A stretch of DNA of 64,000 nucleotides from Octopus bimaculoides. Taxonomy: Eukaryota. This document shows positions 42,681 through 55,660 of the stretch, piece by piece. The notes beneath the pieces were generated by a model that was not told the DNA's origin, ran no database searches, and saw nothing but the letters and a program-made list of their open reading frames with translations. The position numbers and the translations under genes are program-made. The stretch is from the NCBI RefSeq assembly GCF_001194135.2, contig NC_068998.1, positions 750,528 through 814,527 of the forward strand. Reading direction: 5' to 3'. Every line of letters starts with the position of its first letter. Position 1 is the first letter of the stretch.

Positions 42681-44485
42681 GCCCGTGGTCAGCTTTGATC
42701 CAGCAGGCCTTGACAGTCGCCATCCTACTCATCGTTCCCTACACATACGCCATTGACGCCGCTGTGCACACTGTCCACTCCGCCATCTTATAAGATACGA
42801 GATGTAAACAATATGGAAGTGCAAACAGATCTAATTCTTTGGTTGGAATAATTCGAAAGGTAGAAAATGGATTCAAGATGATTGCAATTAATCTATTTGG
42901 TAAAATTCATTATTGATCACCCATCGGCAACTTGAAAAACAAGGTTTCAAATCTTTGGTAAATATCTGGTAAATATTCCATGGGGTTTTAAGATTGTAGA
43001 GTTCCGTGTTCGGATGGTAAGGATGGCAGGGATTGAACTATTTAATATTGGTTTCTTTTGACGAGACACAGGCATTTCTGATTTTATTTTAACTGAAATA
43101 TGTTGTTGTGATGTTTGTGCCTCATCCAGCTGCATTACTGACGTAAGGGAAACATCACAACCTGGTTTTGGTATTGGTTGGCACCATGGCCCTTATTGCA
43201 CTAATAACTGTTGTTCCTTTTTAACCAGAAAAGCTGCGATCGTGATGCGGTGATTTGTATGACTTTCCCCAGTGTATTAGTAGCGTAATTGAAGTGACAC
43301 TCGCTCAAGTTACGATTGAAACCGTGTCTCGGTTTCCGCTTGATTTACGCTGTCAACTATTATTATCAATATTATAGTTGTTGTCTAATGCGAGGTCAAT
43401 CATTATACAGAAGATCGATGATTAAAGGCGTTCCGGCTATAACCATTCACTCTTTTATTCAGACATGGTGTATTTAGAACTACGTTGTCCGTAATCTCAT
43501 TTGTCGGTGAAATTCGAGAAAAAGAAAAATTCAATATGGAATTTGTTGAATATATCAATGTAATCTCCCAAAGGAACCAAACGGGGGCAATACTCTAAGT
43601 GGTAGATCCACTTGCTAGAAATATCAGCCAAGTCATCTTAAAAGCGCTCTCTAATACCTTTAAAACAATAAAAGGATTCATAGCATAATATAGTCCTTGA
43701 TAATGTATCCGAGTAAAGGGAGAAATGGTCATAGCTGGAACGCCTTTGGCAATTGCCGTCTGTTTGATTGGGTTGTACTAGGGTTAACAACAACACCACC
43801 AACAACAACAACTATTACTACAGCAACAAACAATCTCCCACTCTGTCAAGCGAGTCGTTTCACACTCAACTCTCTGCCACCCAGCCACTCTCACCCTCAC
43901 ACTCTATTAATCAATCACGCTCACACTTAGCACTCTCCCCCAATTATTAAAATCTTAATTATATTTGTAAGTGAAGCAAAACCCACACAGTCGAGATCGA
44001 ATCTGGATCGCTATGTTTGACTCAAGCAGTTTCTTGCCCCTTAAATTCTTTGTTCACCGTGGGACCCAATCATTAGTCTGTAAATAACTTCCAGTCCGTT
44101 TCGCCCATCAATCCCGCGGTGTCATAAAAATTCCATGGCTCCTACCATTACTTGTGCGACTAAATTAAAAACCAAAACCAAAGCCAGAACTAAACCAGTT
44201 CCTTAGATATTTTGGTAAGTTACTTTTAACGAGAGAAAGCCCAGTCCAAGAGATGGAAGTCTTAATGAAAACGTAATTACTGGATACTAATATTTTGAAT
44301 ATATCTTTTGATTAGAAATCAAATATATTTAATAATTACGATATATTTATAAAGGAAATATAGTTTAGAGAAATTGTCAGTTCATTCCAGATAATTCGAA
44401 TTATTTTCTAAAGAAAATTGATTTCTTTAATTTTTCTTCCTTTCACATAATAATCATTTATTGAGTTGCTTAGCAATTATACATT

Positions 44486-44535
<50 letters not shown>

Positions 44536-45082
44536 CATATATATATATATATATNNNNNNNNNNNNNNNNNNNNNNNNNNNNNNNNNNNNNNNNNNNNNN
44601 NNNNNNNNNNNNNNNNNNNNNNNNNNNNNNNNNNNNNNNNNNNNNNNNNNNNNNNNNNNNNNNNNNNNNNNNNNNNNNNNNNNNNNNNNNNNNNNNNNNN
44701 NNNNNNNNNNNNNNNNNNNNNNNNNNNNNNNNNNNNNNNNNNNNNNNNNNNNNNNNNNNNNNNNNNNNNNNNNNNNNNNNNNNNNNNNNNNNNNNNNNNN
44801 NNNNNNNNNNNNNNNNNNNNNNNNNNNNNNNNNNNNNNNNNNNNNNNNNNNNNNNNNNNNNNNNNNNNNNNNNNNNNNNNNNNNNNNNNNNNNNNNNNNN
44901 NNNNNNNNNNNNNNNNNNNNNNNNNNNNNNNNNNNNNNNNNNNNNNNNNNNNNNNNNNNNNNNNNNNNNNNNNNNNNNNNNNNNNNNNNNNNNNNNNNNN
45001 NNNNNNNNNNNNNNNNNNNNNNNNNNNNNNNNNNNNNNNNNNNNNNNNNNNNNNNNNNNNNNNNNNNNNNNNNNNNNNNNNN

Positions 45083-45119
<37 letters not shown>

Positions 45120-45752
45120 TATATATATACACAAATATATATATATATATGTGTGTGTGTATGTGTGTGTGTTATATATGTATGCATGTGTGTGTTTTAC
45201 ACATAATTATGTACTTTAGTATATCGTACTACTGAAATGTTGTTTAAGGGTAATGAATAGTTTCAATGTTGTGTTTGGATGTTTCATCTTTACTGTACAA
45301 GAAAACACCATAGACCGCACGCACACATCCATGCACACACACGCACACACACATACAAATGTATGCGTATGCGCGCGAGTGTATGTGTATGTGTATGTGC
45401 GTATCGATATCTTTTGAGCACATACAAAGCCAAATTTCTTACATGAGTAGATATCTATTCAGAATCAATGTAATCGATCTCGCTGTATTGATGCTTCTTA
45501 ATTTCATTAAACCAGATGAGATGAAAGGCAGACAAAGCTGTTCTGGCTAGGATTTGAACTCCAAATATTAAAGAACTAATCTAGGTTTATTGATGCACCC
45601 AGTGCAGTGTTTTATTATCTAGGCACTCTCCCTCTCTAGTCTATTTATTATCTAGACTCTCGCTTCTCGAAACTTCGAGAAATATTGATTTTTAGCAGTC
45701 TTGACAGAAAACTTTCGTCGTTTAAGAGATGTATGGAGAAGAGAGTACACAT

Positions 45753-45799
<47 letters not shown>

Positions 45800-46619
45800 T
45801 CTTTACTCTTTTACTCTTTTACTCGTTTCAGTCTTTTGACTNNNNNNNNNNNNNNNNNNNNNNNNNNNNNNNNNNNNNNNNNNNNNNNNNNNNNNNNNNN
45901 NNNNNNNNNNNNNNNNNNNNNNNNNNNNNNNNNNNNNNNNNNNNNNNNNNNNNNNNNNNNNNNNNNNNNNNNNNNNNNNNNNNNNNNNNNNNNNNNNNNN
46001 NNNNNNNNNNNNNNNNNNNNNNNNNNNNNNNNNNNNNNNNNNNNNNNNNNNNNNNNNNNNNNNNNNNNNNNNNNNNNNNNNNNNNNNNNNNNNNNNNNNN
46101 NNNNNNNNNNNNNNNNNNNNNNNNNNNNNNNNNNNNNNNNNNNNNNNNNNNNNNNNNNNNNNNNNNNNNNNNNNNNNNNNNNNNNNNNNNNNNNNNNNNN
46201 NNNNNNNNNNNNNNNNNNNNNNNNNNNNNNNNNNNNNNNNNNNNNNNNNNNNNNNNNNNNNNNNNNNNNNNNNNNNNNNNNNNNNNNNNNNNNNNNNNNN
46301 NNNNNNNNNNNNNNNNNNNNNNNNNNNNNNNNNNNNNNNNNNNNNNNNNNNNNNNNNNNNNNNNNNNNNNNNNNNNNNNNNNNNNNNNNNNNNNNNNNNN
46401 NNNNNNNNNNNNNNNNNNNNNNNNNNNNNNNNATATATATACATATTAAAAATTAAATTCATCCTACTCAGAATCGAAACCGTATCAAAAAATAGCTTCG
46501 ACAAACGATTATTTGTTTCAATGATCATTCCTATTAACTCAACAATAATTTTTTGCCGGAAAGATTCTTCTACTTCTGTCTGCCACAAGCTTTATAACTG
46601 CAGTAAGAGATGAGGTGGG

Positions 46620-47200
46620 AATGCACAGGAGATTTCTATTGATGCAAACTGTTCGTCGTTGAGCATCCAGGAAGTCGACCTTTGTCAAACTGATGCTAAC
46701 GCTTCTGGATCGGCTGAATTCTCTGGTGATCTTTTCTGAACATATTACATGACGTGGTCGTTCATATGGCTTGAGATTGCTAGATCATCATCCCTCTGTA
46801 GGACCTAGTTGTGGTGTGTGTATATATATACTGCCTAAGACTATCTAGGATAAATTATCAGATGAGGTCAACGATCTCAGCATCGTTGTAACTTCTCATA
46901 GATACACCGAGCATCGGATCGCCTTCCTTTTGTACCCAATAAAATCACCAGGAACCAAGATTCACTTTCTAGAGTTCATGCTAATTCTGATATCGACGGC
47001 ACCGATATTGGTAAATCACCTACCAAAGTCTAAGGTCTTCAGGAGGAGGCATTTCGATACTGAAGGGTAGAATTGGTTGAACTTGCAAGCTTATTTCTTC
47101 TCGATGCCGCAGAACCAGTCAATGACTGCAGCGTTGCAATCGCAGTGGTGTCAGCTGCCAAATAAAGAGAAGAACTGGTGTCGCTTCTCCACCATTAACA
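46620..47200 (-). mobile_element. Second PLE RT relic (same type as 39300-39980)
   Basis: AAVIDWFCGIEKK*ACKFNQFYPSVSKCLLLKTLDFGR*FTNIGAVDIRISMNSRK, then a frameshifted G.YR-DDDLAI (catalytic YRDDGL) and KVDFLDA. Confidence 0.75.
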
Positions 47201-47346
47201 CCACGTGACGTGAGTTATCCAGCAGAGGACTAATAACAAGAAGCCATCTTGCATTGATCTGAAATCCATTACACTTTTCTCAATTGAGATGTATCCGTCC
47301 TCTGCGCCCACGAAACCGTAATACTTCGTGGAGCTGAGTGAAAATT

Positions 47347-47394
<48 letters not shown>

Positions 47395-47679
47395 TGCGTG
47401 CGTGTGTGCGTGCGTGCGTGCATGTATGTATGTATTATGTATGTCATGATTGAGTTTTATTTAAGGCTCCTTCATTGGAATTTTGACAACATCAACACGG
47501 TATTTTTGTATGCATGTATGTATGTATGAATGTATGTATGTATGTATGTATGTATTTGTTTATCAACATCGTAAGTTACACCTTTCTTCCCAAATCGAAG
47601 TTAAAAGCAATTTCGATACGCTAGCTGTTTCCATACAATTCATGGCTTAGCAATTAACGCTGCTAAAAATGCAAATAAA

Positions 47680-47920
47680 TATCCAAAAATATAAGGAGTG
47701 GAACACGTAGAATATTCTTCTCTACTCTAGGCACAAGACCTGAAATTTTGGGGGAGAGGCCAGTCGATTAGATCGACCCCAGTTCGCAACTGGTACTTAA
47801 TTTATCGACCCCCAAAAGGATGAAAGGCAAAGTCGACCTCGGCAGAATTTGAAGTCAGAACGTAGAACACGTAGAATATTTGCAATATTCTACTTGTTCC
47901 ACTCCTTATATTTTTGGATA
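47680..47920. repeat. 37-bp inverted repeat interrupted by a SINE with a 16-bp target-site duplication
   Basis: Arms 47680-47716 and 47884-47920 (1 mismatch); SINE 47717-47864 (-); direct repeat gaacacgtagaatatt at 47701-16 and 47865-80. Confidence 0.85.
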
Positions 47921-48327
47921 TATATGTGGTTGTGTTTTATTTTCGGCATTTACTCTCGTTTTTCTGTTACAAAATTCATTCTACGTTCGTAATTAGTAAC
48001 ATTGAAGGAGGGAGAGAGAGGAGAGAAGACCGAAAATAAGTGAGAAAGAGATAGAGTGATGGAGAAAGACTGGTGAGATATGAAAGTTCCCTAAAATAAT
48101 AAATAGCAATATGAAACTTGAGATGAGCTTCAAATAATTTATTTCACCTTTAAAAATAGGTTTTTACTCCACATTATACATGCTTGTAATGTTTCATTTC
48201 TTTCCGGTTCTTAGTCGCTTCCATTCGGGTCAAAATAACCATTTGTTACCAGCATCTTCATACATAGTCTTTAAGTTCTTCAGAAATGCATTGATTCTTA
48301 TTGTTGTGTTGCAAGTTTAGGTGTATG

Positions 48328-48372
<45 letters not shown>

Positions 48373-48918
48373 ATGCGTATAGCTAGGTTTGATTTTAGCG
48401 CTCAAAAGTTTTTATTTTATTCTTTTCATTTACAAGATTAATAACGTTTTATATAAAAATCTAACTTTTACTTTATATAAAAATAGATATCAAAACTTAT
48501 TAAAAGTGTAGTATTCGAAATCTGAAATAGGTTTACAATATTTAAAATAATTCCATATTCTCGTGATTCCTCATATTCAGGAATCTGTGAGGAATCAACG
48601 TTTTTCCTTTAAGTATATTTCCTGTCCATTTTAACAAATACGTTGAAGATTCCAAAGATTCATTAACTAATTAACAAAACATTAATTAAGATAATTAAAT
48701 GCATTTCAACAAAATATATTAGCTTCCCGAGTTTTCTTTGTGTTGTATTTTCGTTTTGTTTTTTTTTTCTGTCATTGTCTTTTTACATATTTTGTTTTGA
48801 TTCTCTGTGTGTAAATCAAGGAAGCTGCAATTTTGTGTTGGTATTTTTGCGAAAAATAAATTAAATAAGACACGCCAAAAAGGGAAATGGTAAGTGATGG
48901 TTGTGAGGGTCTGTGAGT

Positions 48919-48956
48919 CTAGGACTTTCCTCCAGACAGGACTCCGTTGATAAAAT
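48919..48956 (-). CDS. ELC: ELC-B terminal coding exon
   Basis: Minus strand gttctcctttcag|AT, phase 1. (D)FINGVLSGGKS* aligns with ELC-A (E)FIKRVMSG; candidate AATAAA (rc) at 48411-16. Confidence 0.8.
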
Positions 48957-49652
48957 CTGAAAGGAGAACATTGTGTATATTCTAACAAACGTCTCTTCAA
49001 TAATAAACACAGTCCGATATATTATAATGCACATTGTGCAATATGTATACCTACTGCAGTTACTAATGTCATTTTAGCAAAACATGCAGAGAAGAAGGAA
49101 GAAACAACAATTGATAAAAGTACAACATTTCTTGGTTTAAAAATACAGTTTCAGAGTCAGAGGTAGCAGTGTGTGTATATCGGTTTTGAATGTTGGCACA
49201 AGGCCAGCAATTTCGGGAAAGTGGGTAAGTCGATTAAATCGACCCCAGTGTTCAACTGGTACTTATTTTATCGACCCCAGGAGGATGAAAGGCAAAGTCG
49301 ACCTCAGCGGAATTTGAACTCAGAACGTAATGACAGACGAAATGCTGCCAAGCACTTTGCCTGGCGTGTTAACGATTCTACCAGCTCGCCTCCTTCAGTG
49401 TATGTATATATATTATGCACTCATATACCTGTGTGTAGGCAGTAATATGTATATATGTACGTAATGATATGTATGGGTGTATACAGTAAAACGGATGTGC
49501 GTGTATACAGTGATATGTATTTGTAAGTCGCAGTAGGGTGTGGATGAAGGGCGTATTCTTTCTGTTGCAGGTAAAGGATTTTATGTTAATGTTTTAATTG
49601 TGTAAGGGCAGATATGGAGGGGGTGGGCTAGCGGGCAGACATACTCAAACTT

Positions 49653-49693
<41 letters not shown>

Positions 49694-50778
49694 CACACAT
49701 ACAGTATATATATATATATACAAGGGAAATAATTTATACATAATTTACATATGAAAACGTTGGCTATTCCAGTACAATACATGGTTCTTTTCTGCCCAAC
49801 CAACTGAAACGTATCTTCTGGTGTTTGATGATTCAAAAAATAACAATGCTTTAGTAAAAGGCATGAACACCACAATATTGTACATTATTGTTTCTCTTCT
49901 TTATATGTAAGTTATGTATCTAATCATAGACAAATCATCATTGATGTTAGCAGGAAAATGGAGGTATTGATCTCTAAATTATTTCTGACATGTTAACTGC
50001 ATCAGCTTCTTCTGCATTTCTTGTGTCCACAGTTTTAACGCACGCAAAACACACAACCAAAGTTTAACAGAAAAATCCTGTAATGCTGAAGAAAATCTTT
50101 TGTTGCCTGCAAATCAACAAATCAGATCAATAATCAGCGAATAGCTCTACGCTTGATCTGCCGTGTGTGACTGGAAAACGATGCAACAGTTTAGTGAAAC
50201 AAATTCGCCATGTTCATCTAAAATGGATGATGTTAAAATGGCGGAACGCTTACTGAGCCTCGTTGTGAAACAGTAAGTCTTTCATCAGGGCTTACAAAAA
50301 CAGTTTGTTTAGTTTATTGTGTACATATCCAAAAACGATAGCTACATAGTTTCACATTGACAGTTAATCTCTTTGAATCTTGCTTAACATTTCTAGTCTT
50401 TTCACCACAATATATATATTACCGTATTGATCTGCCCAGCAATATTCTCTCTTGTTTACATTAAACGACCAAACTGGGAATATTTATGTTCCTTTGAACA
50501 TTGGCCAAAAATAAGTTAAACAGGTTGAAATTCACCGAAGGCTCCAGCGACCCCTGACACCTCCCCACTCCCACTATCTTCTTTATATCCTTCTCTTTTG
50601 TTTGTTTTTCTTTTCTTTCTGTGTTTCTTTCATTCTTTTCGCTCTTTCTAACTCCATCAGTACATTCATATACATACTTACACACACATAAACGCGCACA
50701 CACGAACACACGAACACACACATACATACACATACACAAACACACATACATACATACATACACACATACATACATACA

Positions 50779-50810
<32 letters not shown>

Positions 50811-52454
50811 CGTATGTATGTACATAATGTATGTATGTACAGACGTTGAGAGGAGAAAGAGAGAGACAGAGAGAGATAGAGAGAGACAGAGAGAAAAGGA
50901 AAGCGAACCGGATGAAAGGGAATCCCTACACATGCAGATGAATACGTATGTGTATGCGTCTGTGGTGAGCTATGCATGCTTATAAGCGTGTCCCAGTATA
51001 TGTGTATGAGTACGTAACTGCATGTATATATGCGCGAGTGTGCGAGTGTCTGTGGTAACAGTCTGAGCGTTTGTACCGGTGTTCGAATGCATATACAGAA
51101 ATTCCTTCACGTAGCTTTCAAGATGCTTTTGCATTGGTGAAACAAGTAATAATAACGATGATGATGATGATGGTGATGATGATGATGATGATAATGTTTT
51201 GGGTTTTATATGCGACGTAGCACAAGCAAATTACATATAGAAAATACGATTACAAAAGTTAATATTTCTACTTCCACCTGTATTTTACGGTGATCTTCTA
51301 GCATAACAATTACCGAGCATTACAATATATAGAAATGTGTGTGCGTGCGTGTGTGTGCGTGCGTGTGTGTGTGTGTGTGTGTATGTGCGTGTGTGTGTGT
51401 GTGTGTGCGTGTGTGTGTGTGTGTGTGTGTGGTATAAGGCATCGTGTTATCATATTTGAAAGAAAACGTAATCAATAAAAATGTGATCCTTAAATGATGA
51501 CAACGATCATTATGAAAATAATCTCTTCTTGTAAAGAGATGCAGATGGATGGTGGTGGGGGGAGGTTTAGGGGAGACAACTACAAAATTTTAATTATCTA
51601 AAACGCTATCAAATATGGAATCCATTGTTGAATGAGTCTGAACTTGAGTAGAGTGGAGACAACACAGTTTGTTTCTATCATATTAGGCCTCATCACTGAA
51701 ACTTGGACCAACAATGATTGCTAAATATTGGAGTAACTGGGAAGATATATAGGATTATAGAGAATGCGTATGGTATTACATGATTGAGTAAAATATTCAT
51801 GGACGCCAGCTGCAAGAAAACCTAACAGTAAAGCAGTAATAGCAAAGCTGGCGTCCTTAATGTAGCAGAGATTTTCATAAACTTCTTGGACTTTCACAGA
51901 TTATATAGAATGTGCGTTTTTCTATTTTAAGGACATTGTGGTGGTGGTATTTGAGAGAAATTTCTTTGCTACGTCTAGTATGTCGATCGACCACACACAG
52001 ACGCCTCTTCAGTGGTTGGTGAGACACGATATCAACGAAAGAGATCACGGACATGCCCATAGCATCTATGTATGTATGTATGTATGTATGTATGTATGTA
52101 TGTATGTATGTTTGTATGTATGTATGTATGTATGTTCGTATGTATGTTTGTATGTATGTATGTATGTATGTATGTATGTATGTATGTATAACAACAAATT
52201 GATGCGTATAGGACGCACTTTTTCTCAAAAAACTCTGAAGGGATGCGGTTAATATACCCGTGTGTCGTTTATGCCATCAGGTACAGGAACTCAACTGTAA
52301 AGTTTTGAGAAGAAAGTTCTGAAACATTGTACAGTTATTATATACCGGATGGAATTTTAATTTGATATAAATTATCTAATCAAGTCAGAAATCTAATTTT
52401 CAGTATCATATTTAATCAGTAATGTCAGAATGTTTTAGCAATATTATAGTCCTT

Positions 52455-52670
52455 CAGCGGCGAGCTGGCAGAATGGTCAGAGCGCTGGGAAAAACTATTA
52501 GTGCCACTTCCTCCAGTTTTACGTTCTAAGTCCAAATATCGCCGCCGGTCGACTTTGCCATTCGTCCTTTCGGGTAGATAAAATAAGTACCAGTTGAACA
52601 CTGGTGTCGCTGTAATCGATTTTCCTCCTCCCCCGAAATTACTGGCCTTGTCCCAAAATTTGAAATCAGT
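52455..52670 (+). mobile_element. Near full-length short tRNA-derived SINE (representative copy)
   Basis: A-box TGGCAGAATGG, B-box-like GTTCTAAGTCC and the family 3' core. Similar copies at ~36480-36660, 37530-37720, 41060-41280, 49190-49395 (-), 57860-58070 and 58755-58995. Confidence 0.8.
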
Positions 52671-52959
52671 ATTATAGTCCTTCAGCTATGTCACAATGAG
52701 CTAAAGTAATTCTTAACATGCTAGCTATGTCATACTATTCTAGTTTTATCATTACATACCGGCAAAGATGTGACTTATGTAATAAGCAACCCGTGTTATT
52801 AATGAATGTGTTGCCAAAATCAATCATATCATGATCAATCATATCATGATCAATCAACTGTATCCTAATCAAACTATTGCGAAATAATCAATCGGCTGTT
52901 TCGCAATCAATCGCTTATGTCATAATCAGTCAATGAAAAGAGATAAACAGGTTCCTTAC

Positions 52960-53046
52960 CTTCATATTTCACGTTGCCGTCAATATTTTCTCGTAAGTCT
53001 GTAAACTGGAAGATTTCATTCACCTCACGATCTAAAAGTCTTTCAC
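52960..53046 (-). CDS. ELC: ELC-B penultimate coding exon
   Basis: cttctttccaacag|GT ... G|gtaagg, 87 nt. (G)ERLLDREVNEIFQFTDLRENIDGNVKYE. Confidence 0.95.
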
Positions 53047-53145
53047 CTGTTGGAAAGAAGTTTAAATAAATATACACACATATTGAGTGTGTGTCGATAG
53101 GCAGACATACATGTGTGTGTGTGTGGATAGACAGATAGACAGACT

Positions 53146-53203
<58 letters not shown>

Positions 53204-53909
53204 TAAATAGATAGATAGATATTAACATACCTCGATAAAGTATAAGTATTCTTAAAACCAGTAACGATCATGATAAGTTTATGCGCTAATTTAAATAAAT
53301 AACTGAACACAATTAATGCTGGGGACATTATTAGATAGTTAATTATGTGCTCAGAAAAGAACGGCAATAACTCGAATTATATTTTGATCAATTTAACCAT
53401 CATGGGAAATAACTCAGGTTGGATTTGAGTAGCAAAATCTGTCTATCTGCCTCTCTCAATCTCTCTCACTCTTTCTCTCTCACTCTTTCTCTCTCTATCC
53501 TACTTTCTCTTTCGGTATTAAAACTTAATACTGACAAAGGCACCCGTTAATTGCAGTATGCTCCTGCCCCAACAAGTGCATCACTATAGCCTTGACTCTT
53601 AAGCACTAATAAATATGACGTGGCCCTGTTTAACAATGAGGTGTCCTAGGTAATAAACTCAATGTGGTTCTGCTAACGTGACGCGAACTGTTGGCTTCGA
53701 AGTTCAAAAATCTTCAACATTCTCCACGACAAAAACAAGTTTGAATGAAATATTGACAAGAGTTATTCCCCTTGCTCTACCTCTACTGTTACTAACATAA
53801 TCTTTCCAGTAATTCGTTTATTTCCGTATTTTTATGACTGTCATTGTTTATTTCGGAGATGCACTTGCATAGCAAGTGACTTGAGTTGAGATCGTGTGCT
53901 GAAACGAAA

Positions 53910-54081
53910 ACAATTGCAGCGCGGAAGATGTTTGTAAGCCGTTTAAGAACACACAAAAATCGTTGTCAAAATATTTTTGTCGCTTTGAGACTGCGACCTG
54001 TTCACTGACAAATTTTCGCGCTGCAACACGAAGCTTTGTCTGTTTCAAACGGCTTACAAACATCTTCCACGCTGCAATTGT
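53910..54081. repeat. 35-bp inverted repeat with ~102-bp spacer, in an ELC-B intron
   Basis: acaattgcagcgcggaagatgtttgtaagccgttt (53910-44) versus its reverse complement at 54047-81, 1 mismatch. 14-bp direct repeat tgtcattgtttatt at 53839-52 and 54079-92. Confidence 0.9.
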
Positions 54082-54340
54082 CATTGTTTATTAGTTTTGT
54101 TTTTTTTAAAGGCAGGTGTGTAGTAGAATCGGTAGAGAGCCACATTGATTGCTTCGAGCTCCGTTGTTAATTTTACCATCGGTGATCATTGTTGGGAGCA
54201 GTAATCTAAACGACAGAGGATTATCAAGGTTTCCTGTTCTCTCGTTCTGAAAGTTCTAAGGACCCATCTGGCCAACCGGCTGCAATTTATTGTCAACTTA
54301 GTAATATGCACCTGGGAAAATACATCTAATTAGCTTGTAT

Positions 54341-54423
<83 letters not shown>

Positions 54424-54483
54424 AAAAAGAAGTTTGAAAACGCCACTATATAAAATAAATTTTAATTTATAATTTTCTCAGAG

Positions 54484-54532
54484 ATATTTTACATGTTTCG
54501 GTTCTTGAAAAAACGAACCTTATCAAAAATAC
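54484..54532 (-). ncRNA. Minimal hammerhead motif, U3-A8 variant (sense to ELC-B pre-mRNA)
   Basis: Minus strand GUAUUU-UUGAUAA-GGUUC[10 nt]GAACC-GAA-ACAUGU-A-AAAUAU. Confidence 0.65.
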
Positions 54533-54808
54533 ATATTTAAAAAAAAATTGTAATTAAAAGAAAAGTTTATAATTGTTTCATACTGGTGTCAACATAGTCC
54601 ACGTGGGAGCATTTTTTGTGTGGGGACATAATGGCTGTCTCGTGCGTTGACTTGAATCGTTGGTTGTAGTAGTAGAAGTGACCGTGTTGGTAATGGTAAA
54701 CGGGAGTGACCTCCACACACAAAAAAATCGGTCCTACGTGGACTATGTTGACACCAATAAGAAACAATTATGAACTTTTCTTTTAATTACAATTTCTTTT
54801 TTAAATAT

Positions 54809-54857
54809 GTATTTTTGATAAGGTTCCTTTTTTCAAGAACCGAAACATGTAAAATAT
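54809..54857 (+). ncRNA. Minimal hammerhead motif, U3-A8 variant (antisense to ELC-B)
   Basis: GUAUUU-UUGAUAA-GGUUC[cuuuuuucaa]GAACC-GAA-ACAUGU-A-AAAUAU. G10.1-C11.1 pair, palindromic stem III, GUA site and 6-bp stem I are all satisfied. Confidence 0.65.
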
Positions 54858-55053
54858 CTCTGAGAAAATTATAAATTAAAATTTATTTTATATAGTGGCG
54901 TTTTCAAACACATATATACATATATATATCATAAGAAGGACTTAATTCCCACTTCCTGCACCAGAATACGATGTTTCGCTGCTCGAGAAACCTCAATTCA
55001 AGATCTTTTATTCCCACTGTCAGTGTAGCGTAGACCAGGGTTTGTTTACTCAC

Positions 55054-55221
55054 CACTTGTTGTTAGAATCTGACGAAGTTCGGCAACCGAAACATAACCT
55101 AATCCTTCTCGGTCGTGACTCTTGAAGGCTTCGATGAAATCCTTAAATGTTCCAGTGTCTGTTTCCTTTTTCACCGATTCGAAGCAGGCCAAGAACTCGG
55201 CATACGTCAACTGCTTCTCTC
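55054..55221 (-). CDS. ELC: ELC-B exon
   Basis: tttttcgtag|GA ... G|gtgagt, 168 nt. (G)EKQLTYAEFLACFESVKKETDTGTFKDFIEAFKSHDREGLGYVSVAELRQILTTS. Confidence 0.96.
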
Positions 55222-55579
55222 CTACGAAAAAGAAAAAATACAAGAAAAAGAGGTATTTTTAAAGAAATATTCTGTGTTTTTTATTGAGTTTTGGGGAAGG
55301 TTCTGAGCCCATAGCCTTCGTAGGTTCTGTCAGAATGGTGACATGGAAGAAATGAACAAGTGTGGAGAAGAACCTCGACAGAGGGAAGACTCACATGAGT
55401 TTAAAATACAGGATGAATATGTAGCGGAGACTGACAAAGGGTGGGAAGAATAGAAGAGGAAACGAGTTGGTGAAGTGCCTGAGGAGCACTGAGGGACGAC
55501 CAATGGCCGAGGATCAGAAGGGTCCACAGGAGAATGATCCAGAGGTGGGTGGGGTGGGGGCGAGGAAAGCATCAGAGAA

Positions 55580-55660
<81 letters not shown>

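Larger units (their letters stand above)
54432..54909. repeat. Long inverted repeat (~177-bp arms) in an ELC-B intron
   Basis: 54432-54608 is the near-perfect reverse complement of 54732-54909. Weaker pairing continues inward (tttttttgtgtgg / ccacacacaaaaaaa). Confidence 0.95.

Noticed and set aside
51680-51722. Minus-strand (A)IIVGPSFSDEA* as ELC-B last exon
   Set aside because: It would delete the FIKR helix; poorer match than DFINGVLSG.
52269-52318. Alternative ELC-B terminal exon candidate (good acceptor, 50 nt to stop, PVPDG in another frame)
   Set aside because: The phase-1 reading ELSSQNFTVEFLYLMA* has no ELC similarity and PVPDG is out of frame. The 48919-48956 exon aligns much better.
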